NCBI GenBank assembly: GCA_965240325.2
Contig: OZ251244.1
Location: forward strand, 496,001 to 560,000
Direction: 5' to 3'
DNA length: 64,000 nucleotides
Source of the DNA: Rebecca billardiae RCC1528
Taxonomy: Eukaryota; Protista; Haptophyta
Shown here: in pieces, positions 43,335-55,600 of the stretch
Position numbering within the stretch: position 1 is the stretch's first letter
Layout: the number at the start of each line of letters is the position of its first letter
Notes under the pieces: model-generated
What the model saw: only the letters and a program-made list of their open reading frames with translations
Told to the model about the DNA's origin: nothing
The model's database searches: none
Position numbers and translations under genes: made by a program

Positions 43335-46300
43335 CCGCCGCCGCCGACCCCTCCGCCGTCCCCGCCGCCGAGCCAGCCACCAAGCCCGCCGCCCAGCCCG
43401 CCGCCAGCACCGCCACCGAGCCCGCCGCCAAGCCCACCACCGCCCAGCCCGCCGCCGCCAAGTCCGCCGCCTCCGGTGCCACCCCCACCGAGCCCGCCTC
43501 CGCCCAGCCCCCCGCCGCCCAGCCCCCCGCCGCCAAGCCCGCCGCCTCCGGTGCCGCCGCCGCCCAGCCCGCCTCCGCCCAGCCCACCGCCGCCCAGCCC
43601 GCCGCCTCCGGTGCCGCCGCCGCCCAGCCCGCCTCCGCCCAGCCCACCGCCACCGAGTCCGCCGCCTCCGGTGCCACCGCCACCGAGCCCGCCTCCGCCC
43701 AGCCCGCCGCCGCCCAGCCCGCCGCCTCCGGTGCCACCGCCGCCGAGCCCGCCTCCGCCCAGCCCGCCGCCGCCCAGCCCGCCGCCTCCGGTGCCGCCGC
43801 CGCCCAGCCCGCCTCCGCCCAGCCCGCCGCCGCCCAGCCCGCCGCCTCCGGTGCCGCCGCCGCCCAGCCCGCCTCCGCCCAGCCCACCGCCGCCGAGTCC
43901 GCCGCCTCCGGTGCCACCGCCACCGAGCCCGCCTCCGCCCAGCCCGCCGCCGCCCAGCCCGCCGCCTCCGGTGCCACCGCCACCGAGCCCGCCTCCGCCC
44001 AGCCCGCCGCCGCCCAGCCCGCCGCCTCCGGTGCCGCCGCCGCCCAGCCCGCCGCCGCCCAGCCCGCCGCCTCCGGTGCCGCCGCCGCCCAGCCCGCCTC
44101 CGCCCAGCCCACCGCCGCCGAGTCCGCCGCCTCCGGTGCCACCGCCACCGAGCCCGCCTCCGCCCAGCCCGCCGCCGCCCAGCCCGCCGCCTCCGGTGCC
44201 GCCGCCACCAAGCCCGCCTCCGCCCAGCCCACCGCCGCCGAGTCCGCCGCCTCCGGTGCCACCCCCACCGAGCCCGCCTCCGCCCAGCCCCCCGCCGCCA
44301 AGCCCGCCGCCTCCGGTGCCGCCGCCGCCCAGCCCGCCTCCGCCCAGCCCACCGCCGCCGAGTCCGCCGCCTCCGGTGCCACCGCCTCCGGTGCCGCCTC
44401 CGCCCAGCCCGCCTCCGCCCAGCCCACCGCCGCCGAGCCCGCCGCCGCCGAGCCCACCGCCGCCGAGCCCGCCGCCGCCGAGCCCACCTCCGCCCAGCCC
44501 TCCGCCGCCGTCAACGCCACCGCTGCCTCCCCCGCCCAGCCCGCCTCCGCCCAGCCCTCCGCCACCGAGCCCGCCGCCGCCCAGCCCACCGCCGCCCAGC
44601 CCACCGCCGCCGTCGAAGCCACCGCTGCCTCCGCCGCCCAGCCCGCCGCCGCCGAGCCCTCCGCCGCCGAGCCCTCCGCCCCCGAGCCCGCCGCCACCCA
44701 GCCCGCCGCCACCCAGCCCGCCGCCGCCGTCGAAGCCACCGCTGCCTCCGCCGCCCAGCCCGCCGCCGCCCAGCCCGCCGCCGCCGAGCCCGCCACCGCC
44801 CAGCCCACCGCCGCCCAGCCCGCCACCGCCGCCACCGCCTATGCCGCCGCCGAGCCCGCCGCCCAGCCCTCCACCGCCCAGCCCGCCGCCGCCGAGCCCT
44901 CCACCACCCAGCCCGCCTCCGCCCAGCCCACCGCCGCCCAGCCCACCGCCGCCGTCGAAGCCACCGCTGCCTCCGCCGCCCAGCCCGCCGCCGCCCAGCC
45001 CTCCGCCGCCGAGCCCTCCGCCCCCGAGCCCGCCGCCACCCAGCCCGCCGCCACCCAGCCCGCCGCCGCCGTCGAAGCCACCGCTGCCTCCGCCGCCCAG
45101 CCCGCCGCCGCCCAGCCCGCCGCCGCCGAGCCCGCCACCGCCCAGCCCACCGCCGCCCAGCCCGCCACCGCCGCCACCGCCTATGCCGCCGCCGAGCCCG
45201 CCGCCCAGCCCTCCACCGCCCAGCCCGCCGCCGCCGAGCCCGCCGCCGCCGAGCCCGCCGCCGCCAAGCCCACCGCCGCCCACCACACCGCCGCCGCCCA
45301 GCCCGCCGCCGCCGAGCCCGCCGCCGCCCAGTCCACCTCCGCCCAGCCCGCCGCCGCCCAGTTCGCCGCCGCCAAGTCCGCCGCCGCCGCCACCGCCTAT
45401 GCCGCCGCCGAGCCCGCCGCCCAGCCCTCCACCGCCCAGCCCGCCGCCGCCGAGCCCGCCGCCGCCAAGCCCACCGCCGCCCAGCACACCGCCGCCGCCC
45501 AGCCCTCCACCGCCCAGCCCGCCGCCGCCCAGTCCACCGCCGCCCAGCCCGCCGCCGCCGAGCCCGCCGCCGCCAAGCCCACCGCCGCCCAGCACACCGC
45601 CGCCGCCACCGCCTATGCCGCCGCCGAGCCCGCCGCCCAGCCCTCCACCGCCCAGCCCGCCGCCGCCCAGCCCGCCGCCGCCGAGCCCGCCGCCGCCCAG
45701 CACGCCGCCGCCGCCGAGCCCTCCGCCGCCGAGCCCTCCGCCCCCGAGCCCGCCGCCACCCAGCCTGCCGCCACCCAGCCCGCCGCCGCCGTCGAAGCCA
45801 CCGCTGCCTCCACCGCCCAGCCCGCCGCCGCCCAGCCCGCCGCCGCCGAGCCCGCCACCGCCCAGCCCACCGCCGCCCAGCCCGCCACCGCCGCCACCGC
45901 CTATGCCGCCGCCGAGCCCGCCGCCCAGCCCTCCACCGCCCAGCCCGCCGCCGCCCAGTCCACCTCCGCCCAGCCCGCCGCCGCCAAGTTCGCCGCCGCC
46001 AAGTTCGCCGCCGCCGCCACCGCCTATGCCGCCGCCCAGCCCGCCGCCCAGCCCTCCACCGCCCAGCCCGCCGCCGCCGAGCCCTCCGCCGCCGAGCCCG
46101 CCGCCGCCCAATCCACCTCCGCCCAGCCCGCCGCCTCCCAGTTCGCCGCCACCGAGGCCACCGCCGCCGCCACCGCCAACGCCACCGCCGAGCCCGCCGC
46201 CCGGCCCTCCGCCGCCAAGCCCGCCGCCGCCGAGCCCGCCGCCCCCAAGCCCGCCGCCGCCAAGCTCGCCTCCGCCGCCACCGCTGTCGCCGCCACCCAG

Positions 46301-47620
46301 CCCGCCTCCGAGCCCACCGCCGCCAAGCCCTCCGCCACCTAGCCCGCCACCCCCGAGCCCGCCTCCGCCCAGCCCACCGCCGCCGACTCCGCCGCCTCCA
46401 CCGCCGCCGTCACCGCCGCCAAGCCCGCCGCCACCGAGTGCGCCGCCGCCACCACCGCCGAGCCCGCCGCCGAGCCCACCGCCGAGCTCACCGCCGCCAA
46501 GCCCGCCACCACCAAGCCCGCCGCCGCCGAGCCCGCCACCGCCGACTCCGCCACCACCACCGCCACCGTCACCACCGCCCAGCCCGCCGCCGAGCCCGCC
46601 GCCACCAAGCCCGCCCCCGCCTCCGCCGCCCACGCCGCCGCCGAGCCCACCGCCGAGCCCGCCGCCACCAAGCCCTCCGCCGCCGAGCCCTCCGCCGCCG
46701 AGCCCGCCGCCGCCGAGCTCACCGCCGTCACCGCCGCCGCCACCGCCGCCGAGCCCGCCGCCGAGTCCGCCGCCGCCAAGTCCGCCGCCGCCGCCACCGC
46801 CGAGCCCGCCGCCGAGCCCGCCGCCGCCGAGCCCGCCGCCCCCGCCTCCGCCGAGCCCGCCGCCAAGCCCGCCGCCGCCGAGCCCGCCGCCACCGCCTCC
46901 GCCGAGCCCGCCGCCGAGCCCGCCACCGAGTCCGCCGCCACCGCCGCCGCCGGTGCCGCCGCCCAGCCCGCCGCCGCCGAGCCCTCCGCCGCCGCCGCCG
47001 CCCAGCCCGCCGCCCAGCCCGCCGCCGCCGAGCCCACCGCCCCCGCCACCGCCGTTCCCGCCGCCGAGCCCGCCGCCGCCGAGCCCTCCGCCACCGCCGC
47101 CGCCGAGCCCGCCGCCGAGCCCGCCACCGCCAAGCCCGCCGCCCCCGCCGCCGCCGTTGCCGCCGCCCAGCCCGCCGCCGCCGAGCCCTCCGCCGCCGCC
47201 GCCGCCGAGCCCGCCGCCCAGCCCGCCGCCGCCGAGCCCGCCGCCCCCGCCGCCGCCGTTCCCGCCGCCGAGCCCGCCGCCGAGCCCGCCGCCGCCGCCG
47301 CCGCCGTTGCCGCCGCCATCCCCACCGCCGCCGAGCCCGCCGCCGCCGCCACCGCCAAGCCCGCCACCGAGCCCGCCACCGAGCTCGCCGCCGCCCCCGC
47401 CGCCGTCGCCACCGCCATCCCCGCCACCGCCGAGCCCGCCACCGCCGCCGCCGCCGAGCCCGCCGCCGAGCCCGCCGCCACCGAGCTCGCCGCCGCCGCC
47501 GCCGCCGTTGCCGCCGCCATCCCCACCGCCGCCGAGCCCGCCGCCGCCGCCGCCGCCCAGCCCGCCGCCCAACCCACCACCGAGCCCGCCACCGCCGCCG
47601 CCGCCGTTGCCGCCGCCATC

Positions 47621-47651
<31 letters not shown>

Positions 47652-49562
47652 CCGCCAAGCCCGCCGCCGAGCCCGCCGCCGCCGAGCTCGCCGCCGCCGC
47701 CACCACCGAGCCCGCCGCCGAGCCCGCCACCGCCACCGCCGCCGAGCCCGCCACCCATCCCGCCGCCGAGCCCGCCGCCGCGACCACCGCCCCCGTCGTC
47801 GCCGCCACCGCCACCACCAAGCCCGCCGCCATCACCACCGCCGCTGCCGCCCCCGAGCCCGCCCCCGAGCCCGCCGCCGCCGCCGCCCTCGCCGCCGCCC
47901 TCGCCGCCGCCGCCTGCGCCGCCACCCGCCCCGCCGCCGAGCCCACCGCCGAGCCCGCCGGTGCGCTACTGGTACTCGGACTGCCTCGACGACACGACGG
48001 TGTGCACCGAGCTCGTGGCTTCGGCAAGCGGGCTCACTGGCCCGATCCCCACGGAGGTGGGGCTGATGACGCGGCTGACCCGATTCGAGCTGCACGACAA
48101 CTCGCTGAGCGGCACGATGCCCACCGAGTTTGGCAGGCTGACCAGCCTCGAGCGCAGCACGCTCTACCGAAACTCGCTCGACGGCCAGATCCCGACCGAG
48201 CTGGGCGAGCAGGCAAGTCTCGTCGAGTTGCAGCTGTTTGGCAACTCGCTGAGCGGCGCGCTGCCCACGGAGATGGGCATGCTGGCGGTGTTCACCAAGC
48301 TCGTGCTCGAGGACAACTCGATCTCTGGCAGCTTGCCCACCGAGATGGGCCAGATGGGTCGGTTTGAGCAAATGTGCGTGCAGCGCGCGAGGGCGCACGC
48401 TCCCGACGGCACCCCACGCGCGCCGCGTGCTGCCGCTCACGCGCGCGCGGCGGTACGCGCGCGCGCACGCCTGGCCCGCAGGCTGCTGCGCGCGAACTCG
48501 CTCGTCGGCAGTATCCCGACGGAGGTGGGCGGCCTGAGCAGCCTGGCGCTGATGCAGCTGAACGACAACTCGCTCGACGGGAGCATCCCCACGCAGGTGG
48601 GCGGCATGACGAGCCTCACGGTGATGGCGCTGTACCGCAACTCGCTCGTCGGCGCGCTCCCGACGGAGGTGGGCGAGATGACGAGCCTGATCGAGCTGGA
48701 GGGCTTCCGGAACTCGCTGAGCGGCCCCGTGCCCACGGAGGTCGGCGCTCTGACAAGCCTCACCGACCTGCTCTTTGACCGCAACTCGTTTGACAGCCTG
48801 CCGACTGAGCTCGGCTTGCTCTCGAGCCTGTGGCTGATGGGCTTGGACCTGAACTCGCTGGCGAGCAGCATCCCGACCGAGCTTGGCGGCATGAGCACGC
48901 TCGCGCTCATGTACCTGTACGACAACTCGCTCGTCGGCACGATCCCGACCGAGGTTGGCGAGCTGACGAGCCTCTCGTGGCTGCGGCTGTACCGCAACTC
49001 TCTGTCGGGCACGATTCCGACGGAGGTGGGCGCGCTCACGATCGGCACTGCGCTGAGTCTGTTCGGCAACTCGCTCGACGGCCGTGTGCCCACGGAGCTC
49101 GGCGCGATGGCGAGCCTCGCCTCCATCTCGCTGGACGACAACCCGCTCGTGGACGTCATCCCGACCGAGATTGGCGCGATGACGAGTCTCTCGGCGATGA
49201 GCGTCGCCGGCACGTCAATGTGTGGCGGCGAGCACGGCTACTCGGTGGTGACGCCCGCGGTGCTGCCGGCGTGCCCGCCGGCGCCTCCGCCGCCGCCGCT
49301 GCCCTCGCCACCGCCGAGCCCGCCGCCGCCCAACGACTTGCCGCCGAGCCCGCCGAGCTCGCCGCCGCCGCCGCCGCCGAGCCCGCCGCCCTCGCCGCCG
49401 CCAAGCCCGCCGCCGCCGAGTGCGCCGCCGCCGCCGCCGCCGAGCCCGCCGCCGAGCCCGCCGCCCTCGCCGCCGCCGAGCCCGCCGCCCTCGCCGCCGC
49501 CGGCGCCGCCGCCGGCGCCACCGCCCTCGCCGCCGCCCTCGCCGCCGCCGAGCCCGCCGCCG

Positions 49563-49595
<33 letters not shown>

Positions 49596-49649
49596 CCGCC
49601 GAGCCCACCGCCGCCGCCGAGCCCGCCGCCGCCGAGCCCGCCGCCGCCG

Positions 49650-49692
<43 letters not shown>

Positions 49693-52600
49693 CGCCCTCG
49701 CTCCCGCCGCCCACGCCGCCGCCGCCCTCGCCGCCGCCGCCGAGCCCGCCGCCGCCGAGCCGCGTGAACACGACCAACTACCGCGCGGTCGTCGACGTGC
49801 CGCGCACGCTGCACCTGGGCGCGTGGTGGCTGCCCGCCGGCTCCGCGGCCAAGTGGGCGGCCGCGCCGGACGGCGGCGGCGGGCTCGAGGGCATCAACTG
49901 CTCGCTGCCCGCGGACGCGGCGCTCGGCGGCGAGCAGCTCGTCGACGCCGAGGGCAACGTCACCTTCACGCTGGGCGTGGCCGCGTGGCGCCTCGGCTTC
50001 TGCTACTTTGCGCCGCCCGGCTCGGCCTCGCCCGGCGCGGGCGCGTGGACGCTCGAGAGCACGCTGCTGCTCGACGCGCTGGCCGTGCTCACGCAGTCGA
50101 GGGCCGTCGCGGTCGCGGGCGTGCCCGCGCGCGTCGCGCTCGGCGGCGTGGGCGTGGGCACGGGCGACGCGGTCAAGTGGGTCGCCGCGGCCGAGCTCGC
50201 CGCCGCCGGCGGCTCGTGCGACGGCGCGCTGTCCGCGCACGACGGCGGAGGCGCGCTGCAGCTCGTGGGCGCGCGCGTCGAGCCGACCTTCCCCGCGACC
50301 GCATCGGGGCTGGCGCTGTGCCACCGCTTCGCCGGCTTCGAGGCGTTCAAGCTGTACGCGCAGCTCACGCTCGACGTGTACGGGCTGGACGCCGGCCCGC
50401 TCGCCTTCTCCGTCGTCGCGGGCGCGTCCACGTCCGTGGCGCTCTCCGGCGCCGGGCTGGGCGCGGCCGACTCGCTCAAGTGGGTGCGGCCGGGCGCGAC
50501 GAGCTGCGCGGACGCGCCGCGCGCCGCGTACGGCGGCGCGGTCGCCATGGGCGCGGGCGGCGCGAGCGCCGCGTTCAGGCCGACGCTCGGCGCGCTCGGC
50601 CTGCAGCTGTGCTACAAGTTCGGCTCGCAGCCGCACGCGCTCTACCCCAACCACACGCTGGACGTGCTGCAGGCGCAGACGCCCGCAGCCACGGTCGCGG
50701 TCGCGGGCGTAGCCGAGCGCGTGGAGTTTGGAGGGACCGGGCTGGCGCCGGGCGACCTCGCGTTCTGGCTGCCGCCCGGCGCCGCGTCGTGCGACCCGAC
50801 GCTGGGCGCGAGCGCGGTGCAGCCGCTTGACGCCGCGCTCGGCGCCTCGTTCACCGTCGCCGCGCCCGCGCGCGCGCACGCCCTCTGCTTCTCGCACGGC
50901 GGCGGTGGCGGCTCGTACACGCGGTACGGCTCAATCGCGCTGCACGTGCACGCGGTGCTCTCGCCGAGCGGCACGCGCGCGGTGGCGGGCGTGGCCGAGG
51001 CGGTCGAGTTTGACGGCGTCGGTCTCGCGCCGGGTGACCGCTTCTTCTGGGCCGAGGCCGAGGCGGACTGCCTCGCGGGCGCCGCGCGCGGTGTCTACGG
51101 CGGCGCGCTCAACGTGAGTGTGCCGCGCACCTCGGCCGAGTTCACGCTGCTCGCGCCCGCGCCGGCCGGCGGCGTGCTCGGCCTATGCTACGAGTTCGCG
51201 GGCGAGCCGTGGGCGTGGTACCCGGGCCTGGCGCTGCAGACGCTGCACGTGAGCGGTCCCGCGGCGAGCGCCGTGGTGGTCGACGTGGCCGAGACGATCG
51301 CCTTTGCCGGCACCGGCGTGGGCGCGGGCGACGCGGCCAAGTGGGTGGGCGCGGACGCGACGGACTGCGCCGAGACGCCCGCGGGCTACGGCGGCGAGCA
51401 GGCCGTCTCGGCGTCGGGCGAGGCGAGCTTCACGCTGAGCGCCGCCGGGCTGGGCCTGCAGCTGTGCTACGCGTTCGCGGGCGAGCCGTTCCGGCTGTAC
51501 GGCCCGGCGGAGGGCGTGGCGCGGCTGCTCGACGCGCACGAGGTGCAGGGCCCCGCGGCCACGGTCGCGGTCGTCGGCGTCGCCGAGAGCGTCGGCTTCA
51601 GCGGCGTGGGGATCGGCGAGGGCGACACGGCGTACTGGGTCTCGTCGTCCGCGAGCTCGTGCGGCTCCGAGGCGCCGCTCGCCGCGTACGGCGGCGAGCA
51701 GGCCGTCTCGGCCGCGGGCGTGGCGAGCTTTGCGCTCGCGCAGACGAGCGTCGCCGACCCGAGCGGCCTGCGGCTGTGCTTTGCGTTTGCGGGCGAGCCG
51801 TACAAGCTGTACGCGGGCGTGGTGCTGCACGCGTACGACGTGGACGGCCCGGCGTTCACGCGCGTCGTCGCGGGCGTGGCCGAGGCCGTCGCCTTCTCCG
51901 GGTACGGCGTGGGCGCGGGCGACACGGCCAAGTGGGTGGGCGCCGACGCGGCCGACTGCGGCAGCACGGTGAGCGGGTACGGCGGCGCGCAGAACGTGTC
52001 GAGCGGCGGCGCGGCCACATTCGACGTGCAGACCCCCGACCTCGGGCTGCGGCTGTGCTACGCGTTCGGTGGCGAGCCGTTCAAGCTGTATGCCGGCCTC
52101 ACGCTCGACGCGCCCTCGGTGCTCGCGCCCAACCGCACCGTGTTTGTCGTGGGCGTGGCCGAGTCGGTCACGTTTGGCGGCGTCGGGCTGAGCGATGCCG
52201 ACGAGGCGTTCTGGCGGCCGAGCCCGGCGGCGTGCGCGGCCGGGCCGGTCGCCTCGCTCGGCGGCGCGGTCGCCGTCTCCGCCGCGGGGCTCGCCACCTT
52301 TGCGTTCAGCGCGCCCGAGCTCGAGCTCGAGCTTTGCTACAGGCACGGCACCGAGCCGGCCGCGCGGTACGCCCGCCTCCGCGCGCGCGCGGCGCAGGTG
52401 CAGGGCCCGAGCGGCACGCGCGCGGTGGTGGGCGTGAACGAGACGATCCAGCTCGAGGGCGTCGGCCTCGCGCCGGGCGACGCCCTCTTCTGGGCCGAGG
52501 CCGAGGCGGACTGCCTCGCGGGCGCCGCGCGCGCGGTCTACGGCGGCGTGTCGGTGCTGGACGCGCAGCTGCGCGCCAACGTGAGTCTGCTCGCGCCCGC

Positions 52601-55600
52601 GCCGGCCGGCGGCGTGCTCGGCCTGTGCTACGAGTTCGCGGGCGAGCCGTGGGCGTGGTACCCGGGCCTGGCGCTGCAGACGCTGCACGTGAGCGGCCCC
52701 GCGGCGAGCGCCGTGGTGGTCGACGTGGCCGAGACGATCGCCTTTGCCGGCACCGGCGTGGGCGCGGGCGACGCGGCCAAGTGGGTGGGCGCGGACGCGA
52801 CGGACTGCGCCGAGACGCCCGCGGGCTACGGCGGCGAGCAGGCCGTCTCGGCGTCGGGCGAGGCGAGCTTCACGCTGAGCGCCGCCGGGCTGGGCCTGCA
52901 GCTGTGCTACGCGTTCGCGGGCGAGCCGTTCCGGCTGTACGGCCCGGCGGAGGGCGTTGCGCGGCTGCTCGACGCGCGCGAGGTGCAGGGCCCCGCGGCC
53001 ACGGTCGCGGTCGTCGGCGTCGCCGAGAGCGTCGGCTTCAGCGGCGTGGGGATCGGCGAGGGCGACACGGCGTACTGGGTCTCGTCGTCCGCGAGCTCGT
53101 GCGGCTCCGAGGCGCCGCTCGCCGCGTACGGCGGCGAGCAGGCCGTCTCGGCCGCGGGCGTGGCGAGCTTTGCGCTCGCGCAGACGAGCGTCGCCGACCC
53201 GAGCGGCCTGCGATTGTGCTTTGCGTTTGCGGGCGAGCCGTACAAGCTGTACGCGGGCGTGGTGCTGCACGCGTACGACGTGGACGGCCCGGCGTTCACG
53301 CGCGTCGTCGCGGGCGTGGCCGAGGCCGTCACCTTCTCCGGCTACGGCGTGGGCGCGGGCGACACGGCCAAGTGGGTGGGCGCGGACGCGGCCGACTGCG
53401 GCAGCACGGTGAGCGGGTACGGCGGCATGCGCACCGTCGGCGCGGGCGGCGGCGCGACCGCCGCCTTCTCCACGCCGGGCGTGGGGCTGCGGCTGTGCTA
53501 CCGCTTCGCGGGCGAGCCGTTCAAGCTGTACGCCGGCCTCACGCTCGACGCGCTGCGCGTCGCCACGCCGGCCTCGACGCTCGCCGTCGTGGGCGTGGCC
53601 GAGCCGGTCACGTTTGGCGGCGTCGGGCTGAGCGCGGGTGATGAGGCGTTCTGGGCGCCGTACAACGGCACGGCGATCGACTGCGCGGAGGGGCCGGCGG
53701 CGGGCGACCCGTACGGCGGGCTGCAGACGCTCGACGCAGCGCTCACGGCGAGCTTCACCTTCAGCGCGGCGCACGCCGACCTGCGCCTGTGCTTCCGCCA
53801 CCACGACGAGCCGCGTGTGTACCGCGCGGCCGTGCGGCTGCTCGCGGCCGAGGTGCAGGGCCCCGCCTTCACCGTCGCGGTCGCGGGCGTGGCGGAGGCG
53901 GTGCCGCTGGCGGGCGTGGGGCTCGGCGCGAACGACGCGGCGTACTGGGTCGCCGACGCGTCGGCGTGCGACGCCGCGGGCGCGGGCGCCGACGCGTCGC
54001 TCGGCGGCGCGTTCGCCGTCTCGGCGTCGGCCGTGGGGCGCTTCACGCCGAGCGCCACCGGCGCCGGCCTCTCGCTTTGCTACCGCTTCGCGGCCGAGGC
54101 GTGGCGGCACTACCCCGGCGTGACGCTCGACGTCTACGCGCTGAGCGCCTTCAGCGGCGGGCGGCGCGCCGTCGTGGGCGAGCGCAAGGCCCTCACCTTC
54201 TCCGGCTTTGGCGTCGCGCCGGGCGACGCCGCGTACTGGGTGCCCGCGGGCACGGGCGCGTGCGCGGCCGAGCCGCCGCTCGTGCAGTGGGGCGGGCACA
54301 AGGCGCTGGGCGCGGGCCTCGGCGCGTCGTTCACCTTCCTGCCCGGCACGGGCGGCCTCGGGTACGCGCTGTGCTACCGCTTCCGCGCCGAGCCCTTCGC
54401 GCTGTACGCCAACCTGACGGTGGACGCGCTCGAGATCAGCGGCCCGTTTGTGGTGATCGCGGTCGTCACGTTCGAGGAGACGATCCCCTTCGAGGGCGTC
54501 GGGATGGGCGAGGGCGACGAGGCGTTCTTCCTCACGGCGGGGAGCACGGCGAGCTGCGCGCAGTCGACCGCGGCGAGCGGGCGCGCGAGCGGCGCGGCCA
54601 ACGCGCTGGTGAGCGCTGCGGGCGAGGCCTCATTCACCTTTGGCGCGGTCGCGACCGGCCACCGTGTCTGCTACAGGTTTGGCAGCGCATCCGAGGGGTT
54701 GCCCTGGCGCCAGTTCTCCGCGCTCACGCTCTCGGTGACGGTGCCGGACGACCCGTTCGCGCTCGCCGACTTCAGCGGGCTCGCGCCCGTCGCCGCGCCC
54801 ATCGGCACCGCCTTCGGGTCCACCAGCGTCACCGTGTTTGGCTCGGGCTTTGAGCTGGGCGCGCAGAGCAAGGCGGGCATCATCCACTGCGTGTTTGGCG
54901 AGGGCGCCGAGCAGCGGCTCGTGCTCGTCGACTCGATCTCGCCGACGGAGATCGTGTGCACCGCGCCCACGCTCGACGCGCCGGCGGTGACCTCGCTCGC
55001 GCTCGTCGCGGACGAGAACGACGCGGACGGCGAGCCGCGCGAGCCCATCGCCATCACCAACGTGTTCGCCTTCTTCGACATGGACGCCGTCTCCGTGCGC
55101 GCGCTCGCGCCGCCGGGCGCGCCCAAGGGCACAAGCGCCGTGCAGCTCGCGGTGGTCGGCACGAACTTCTCGGACTTTGGCGGGCTGGCGTGCGCGTTCA
55201 TCGGCGACAACTTCGCCGGCGGGCGCGCCGAGGTCGGCGCCACGCTGCCCGACTCGGGCACGTCCGAGCTGCTCTGCGCCGCGCCGTACATCTCGCCGAC
55301 CGCGTCCGCGCAGCCGATCGCGGTCGAGGTGTCGCTCAACGGCCAGGCCTTCACCGACGACGGCGTGCCGTTCACGCTGTACACGGCGCTGCTCGAGGCG
55401 GGCGCGCCGAACGGCGCGGCGCTCGGCGGCAGCGGCGCCGCGCTCACGCTGCGCGGCTCGGGCTTCGTCGACCTCGGCGGCGCCGCGCGCTGCTACTTCA
55501 CCGCCGCAACGGGCGGCGGCGCCGTGCACGAGGCGGCCGCGACGATTGTCGACGGCTCGGTCGCTCGGTGCGCGCGCCCGAGCGGCGCGGGCGCGGGCGC

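Noticed and set aside
42412-48066. Long alternative-frame and antisense ORFs (poly-Gly, Ala-rich, Arg-rich)
   Set aside because: By-products of the stop-free CCG repeat; only the Pro frame links to a signal peptide and domains.
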